Part shown: piece after piece, positions 9,323 to 20,000 of the stretch
Numbering within the stretch: position 1 is the stretch's first letter
Layout: every line of letters starts with the position of its first letter
DNA from: Trichoplax sp. H2
Lineage: Eukaryota
DNA: 20,000 bases
Assembly: GCA_003344405.1 (NCBI GenBank)
Contig: NOWV01000205.1
Coordinates: 109,749 to 129,748, forward strand
Reading direction: 5' to 3'
Translations under genes and position numbers: made by a program
Notes under the pieces: model-generated
Databases searched by the model: none
What the model was told of the DNA's origin: nothing
What the model saw: the letters and a program-made list of their open reading frames with translations, nothing else

Positions 9323-10640
9323 ATGGTTAAGATCGACGCTTTGGCAGATGCTCTAAAAACAATTTACAATGCTGAAAAACGTGGCAAACGCCAAGTCTTG
9401 ATTAGGCCTTCTTCAAAGGTTATCGTCAAGTTCTTGTCCGTTATGATGAAGCACGGTAAGTTCCAGTTGACCCCCACTTCAAAAGCATTCCCTTATTAGT
9501 AATGCTATACAGTATCCACGGAACGTCTTTTTCATCTTGATGACTGCTTGAATGTGGCCTTTTCAGTAATGAGGGCTATAGTGATTGAGAATTTCTTACT
9601 CGTACAAAATTGCCTGTATTATTATACATATCATGGTACACTTTAAAATATCATCTAGTACTGAAGTCTAATAATAACGTATTAGAGCATACTGTTGCCG
9701 TTCAGTATCCTTGCTTGTACTATGTTGTACGGTGTACCGGTAGAATGGCATATCCGTAATAATCCCTACCATTGGAGTTGATATGCATTCTATTCTACAC
9801 CAGACCGAAATGAAATGCTACGGAGTAATAGGGCTAATTGCTTTGAATTCGCTAACGTACGACTGCTTGATCGCATACTGTATATAGGTTATATCGGGGA
9901 ATTTGAAATTATCGACGATCATAGAGGTGGCAAAATTGTTGTAAATCTTAACGGCAGATTGAATAAGGTGAGTTTGTATTATATATGTTCTTACTCAGTA
10001 ATACAGCACTCGATGATGAAAACGTGTTGCACCTACGCCATACGATTTTTGATTTATTAAATACTATGCAAGTTATGATGAACTTGTAAATTGGCGTTAA
10101 TGGTACTCGATATGGCTCTCTAGATCATCTCTAATTATAACCTTCTAACACCTATGAGAAATTCATCATTCTTGCGTTGTTATTATATAGTGTGGTGTAG
10201 TAAGTCCTCGATTCGATATCGCTCAGCGAGAGTATGAAAAATGGGTTAACAATTTATTGCCATCACGTTTATTTGGGTGAGTACCAACTATACGCGTGTT
10301 TGCAGTTTTATCCATTAAATGTCCTAGTCGCTGGTGCATGCAGTCAGCATTTGTTTACGCGCTTTAAGGAAATGGACAGTAGCATTAGTTATAAAGTGCA
10401 GTACGCCAACACTAGTACATCAACTATCAATAGCTAGGACATTGTAGCTATAATGTACAGTACTGTATATGGAGGAAATTGTGAACCTGCAAAGGATTGA
10501 TGAATATTGTTATTAAACTTTCTGCACTTTCAACCAACTATTACAGATTTATAGTGGTAACAACATCAGCTGGTATTATGGATCACGAAGAGGCCAGGCG
10601 TAAACATACTGGTGGAAAAATTCTTGGATTTTTCTATTAG
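9323..10640 (+). CDS. RPS15A: 40S ribosomal protein S15a (uS8); coding exons 9323-9455, 9888-9967, 10191-10276, 10547-10640
   Basis: The 393 spliced nt encode 130 aa: [80 protein letters not shown]...[20 protein letters not shown]. All introns are GT-AG. AATAAA at 10667-10672. Confidence 0.99.
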
Positions 10641-11328
10641 TAAATTGTATATTGGTGTTTATGTAGAATAAAATTGCTTCGAAAGATACCTTTCTGTTTC
10701 ATTTTGCTTGACTTCGAGCTTAAAGATACTCTGTGATACTTGTTTCCGTGCGAAATATTTTTCCTCTAGCGGCGAACAATATATCACTGACGCAAATATA
10801 AAGCGTAACGGTTATAGTTATGACTTTTTATTTTAATCATAGCATCCCTTAATGCAGCAAAGCGCTTGGCAGTGACTTCAAATCTTTGTACAAAATGAAC
10901 AGGACTGCTACATTATATTTCTAAAAAGACAAGTGTATATACCGCAGGTAGATACAGACTACAGCCTAAGCCAGTAAATGATATGCTTAATGATAGTAAA
11001 TACTAAAGATAAACCTTTCGAAGATACTGATGCAGTTACCATCATGTATCTATCTTAGCTTTCGTAAGAATTGTAATATTAAAATATTCTCAAAACTAGA
11101 ACAGTGCAATACAATAGGTGATTTCATTCCAATTTTAGAAAGTCAGTAGACGTCGCCGTACTACGATTCGCATTTAACGATCTTGCATCGCTAAACTTCA
11201 AAATACCGATACCATTAACAGCTATCTATATCACATTTCGATGCTACATTAATACAGTTAGCTTAAAATATATTATTCGCGTCGCATGGATGTTCATGCA
11301 AGGACAATTTCGCATAATATTATAAGCA

Positions 11329-17713
<6,385 letters not shown>

Positions 17714-17984
17714 TTTTTTGCCTTTCCGTTACAGCCGCCGCCACTAGTACATCCAGTATGGCAACTTGCCTACCGGTATTGGTCGATCGATGGTTGATTC
17801 TCACTTGCAATCACGCTACAGTCCATTGGCTGTTGTACTCATGTACCAGTGGGTTATCTCTAGTGCGGTAGTCGTGTATCCCCAATTTGCTTTGACTTGG
17901 ACACTCATGCTCCTGTCCAGTGTCCATACTGCTACCGTCTATTGGTGCTGATTGAGTTGATACAGTACAGTAGTAAGAAGGGGT

Positions 17985-18356
17985 TGGTACTGTACATTGG
18001 TAGTCTAGTACTGTACACCGGTACTGTAAACTGGTAGTCTGCTACTGTACACTGGTAGTCTGGTACTGTACACCGGTACTGTAAACTGGTAGTCTGCTAC
18101 TGTACAGTGTACAAATGATACCAAATTTGTCTAATAAGGACTTGAAACTATAATTTCATATGATTTCAAACAGTGGGAAAGACTTATGAGACACCCTATA
18201 CACTGGTAGTCTTGTACTGTACACTGGTAGTCTGGTACTGTACTGTACAGTGGTAGTCTGGTACTGTAAACTGGTATTCTGGTACTGTACTGTACAGTAC
18301 ACCGGTACTGTAAACTGGTAGTCTGGTACTGTACACTGGTAGTCTGGCACTGTAGA
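17985..18356. repeat. 21-bp minisatellite (ctgtacactggtagtctggta) in two arrays; the first is 2 x 55-bp higher-order units
   Basis: 17990-18044 and 18045-18099 are near-identical 21+13+21 units. The second array runs from about 18198 to 18356. The repeat starts about 270 bp upstream of the Miro ATG. Confidence 0.9.
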
Positions 18357-18944
18357 CTACTGCAGTGCCAGATCTCCGAACGCTACTCTTACCAGTAGTA
18401 GAGGACTACCGATGGCAAAGCAACCTTTTAATGACAGAGACTACTGTATGATTTTTCCTCTCTAAGAATGAACTCTAAATTTCTTCGACAGTAGGCAAGT
18501 AAGGTCGCAATCGCAGTTAATTCCTGAACGAAACAGTATTTCCAATCCGAGGATATAGCGATCAATACTGTCAAGTCACCAGCCTGGACATTGTTGGTAC
18601 TGTGAGTTGATTTCCAATCCCATCTCTTGTTTATCAGAGGGGAAAAATGGTTGAGTAATGCGTACAGTGAAGTACTCAACGACGCAGCTAGATGACACTA
18701 GCCTGCAGTACAGTACGTTCCGCTTTGTCGTCTACAGTACAGTGCTGTAATCATGGACTGCTACAAGACCATTTTAGAGGAAGGAAAGCCGAAAGGGGAA
18801 GCAAGACAAACGGACAGATCGACTTTGCTTACCAAATGAGCATTGACTCACTCATTGAGCAATGAGGTGGTCAACAATGATCATATCCTACAGGCCCGAC
18901 TTTCCTGCTAGTCATTTCAACTGTACTCACCATCGGTAAGGGCT

Positions 18945-19870
18945 ATACAGTACCGCACAGTGGTGTACACTGTACAGTAGACGACCGTGCTGCAAGTTCT
19001 CTGCCAGCTTAATGTACAGTACAGTACAGTACTGTACAGTGTAGGGTTACAGCCGTAGTGTATTCTACAATGCCGGTCAAAAAGTCGGCCTTCTCATTTT
19101 TTGCAGGCTTCGGCCGTGTCTCGTCCCTTTCTCTTCTTTCCAGTAGTCCCTGCCGTCAATATCCAAAAATGGCTACTTGGCATGGATCTTCCGTGTCTCA
19201 ATCACTGGTCCTAATTTAAATAACATCGACGATCTTCTACAGCTGTTTTGAAGCAGAACTGAGTCATAGATAATAGGATTCAATGGAACATTACTGAACG
19301 TAGAAAAAAAAATCAGTCAATTCAAAATCGACCATCAGCATATGACAATTCGATCATAACGAAGTGTTTAGCACAACGTTATGACGAGACGAGATGAGGG
19401 CGGAAATGTCTGTCCGTCGACGGATGATCACTGATCAGTGTCTATTCCAATTCAGGTTTGGTCCAGTTCAGGTTCTTCTAGTAGTTGATACTGTACTGTA
19501 CAATAGTTCAATTGACTCAGTCGCGTACAGTACAGTACTGTACTGTACTGTACTGTACACTGTAGAGTATAAGCATCGAACCATCGAACGGAAGAAGTTC
19601 CAGCAGGTTCAAGGACATGACGAATACACACAGATCAATGGTCCGTCGGGTAGTAGAAATTTCTAGCAGTTCATGATTGCGCAATGTACTGTACAGTGTA
19701 CAGTACTGTAGTTCGTGGACGCTGTCACATATTGATGCATATGAGTCTACATATGCTAGTAGCAATGTAGCATACTGTAGGGACTTTTATGGTCAGAGTG
19801 TACAGTAAGCAATAGGAATAACGTGTACTGTATGAATGAATATTCTATTCTACTGTACTGTACTGTATAC
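18945..19870. repeat. Patchy ACAGT/ACTGT satellite tracts
   Basis: Tracts at about 18945-19040, 19490-19565, 19685-19710 and 19850-19868, interspersed with unique sequence. Confidence 0.75.
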
Positions 19871-20000
19871 TTACTCTAATTTTTTAGCGCCTATATCAGA
19901 GTTAATCTTATTCTGAACACTCTGCATTGTGACTATTTTCTCACTTCTTCCACTAAACTTTCCATTATGAGTTACTTCTCTGAATGCCAATCTACAGTAC

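Noticed and set aside
9536..9664. TTGATGA...CTGA as a C/D snoRNA in RPS15A intron 2
   Set aside because: The C box is imperfect, there is no terminal stem and I could not identify a guide. It is not supportable without a search.
18894..19120. STVLTIGFG resembling a K+ channel pore signature
   Set aside because: No following transmembrane helix, an early stop and no upstream channel exons; probably coincidence.

Overview
This is AT-rich, intron-dense eukaryotic (animal) DNA. The short GT-AG introns, compact gene spacing and pervasive ACAGT/ACTGT satellite suggest a placozoan (Trichoplax-like) genome, which is an inference. I spliced five genes by hand: the 3' end of an IRAK/Pelle-like kinase (+), an intronless TEFM/Ydc2-family gene (+), COX19 (-), RPS15A (+, 130 aa) and a 24-exon Miro/RHOT GTPase (-, 618 aa). 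Non-coding features include a ~185-bp tandem repeat, a ~240-bp repeat interrupted by a 369-bp insertion, a 236-bp fold-back element and 21/55-bp minisatellites. Three observations stand out. (1) The TEFM homologue keeps the full RuvC/Ydc2 acidic catalytic set that vertebrate TEFM lacks, so it may be an active mitochondrial Holliday-junction resolvase. (2) RPS15A introns 2 and 4 fold into nested long-range stems, and its leader carries a splice-dependent overlapping uORF, suggesting an autoregulatory circuit. (3) The TEFM-COX19-RPS15A-Miro block looks like ancient microsynteny. Most short ORFs in the supplied track are spurious.
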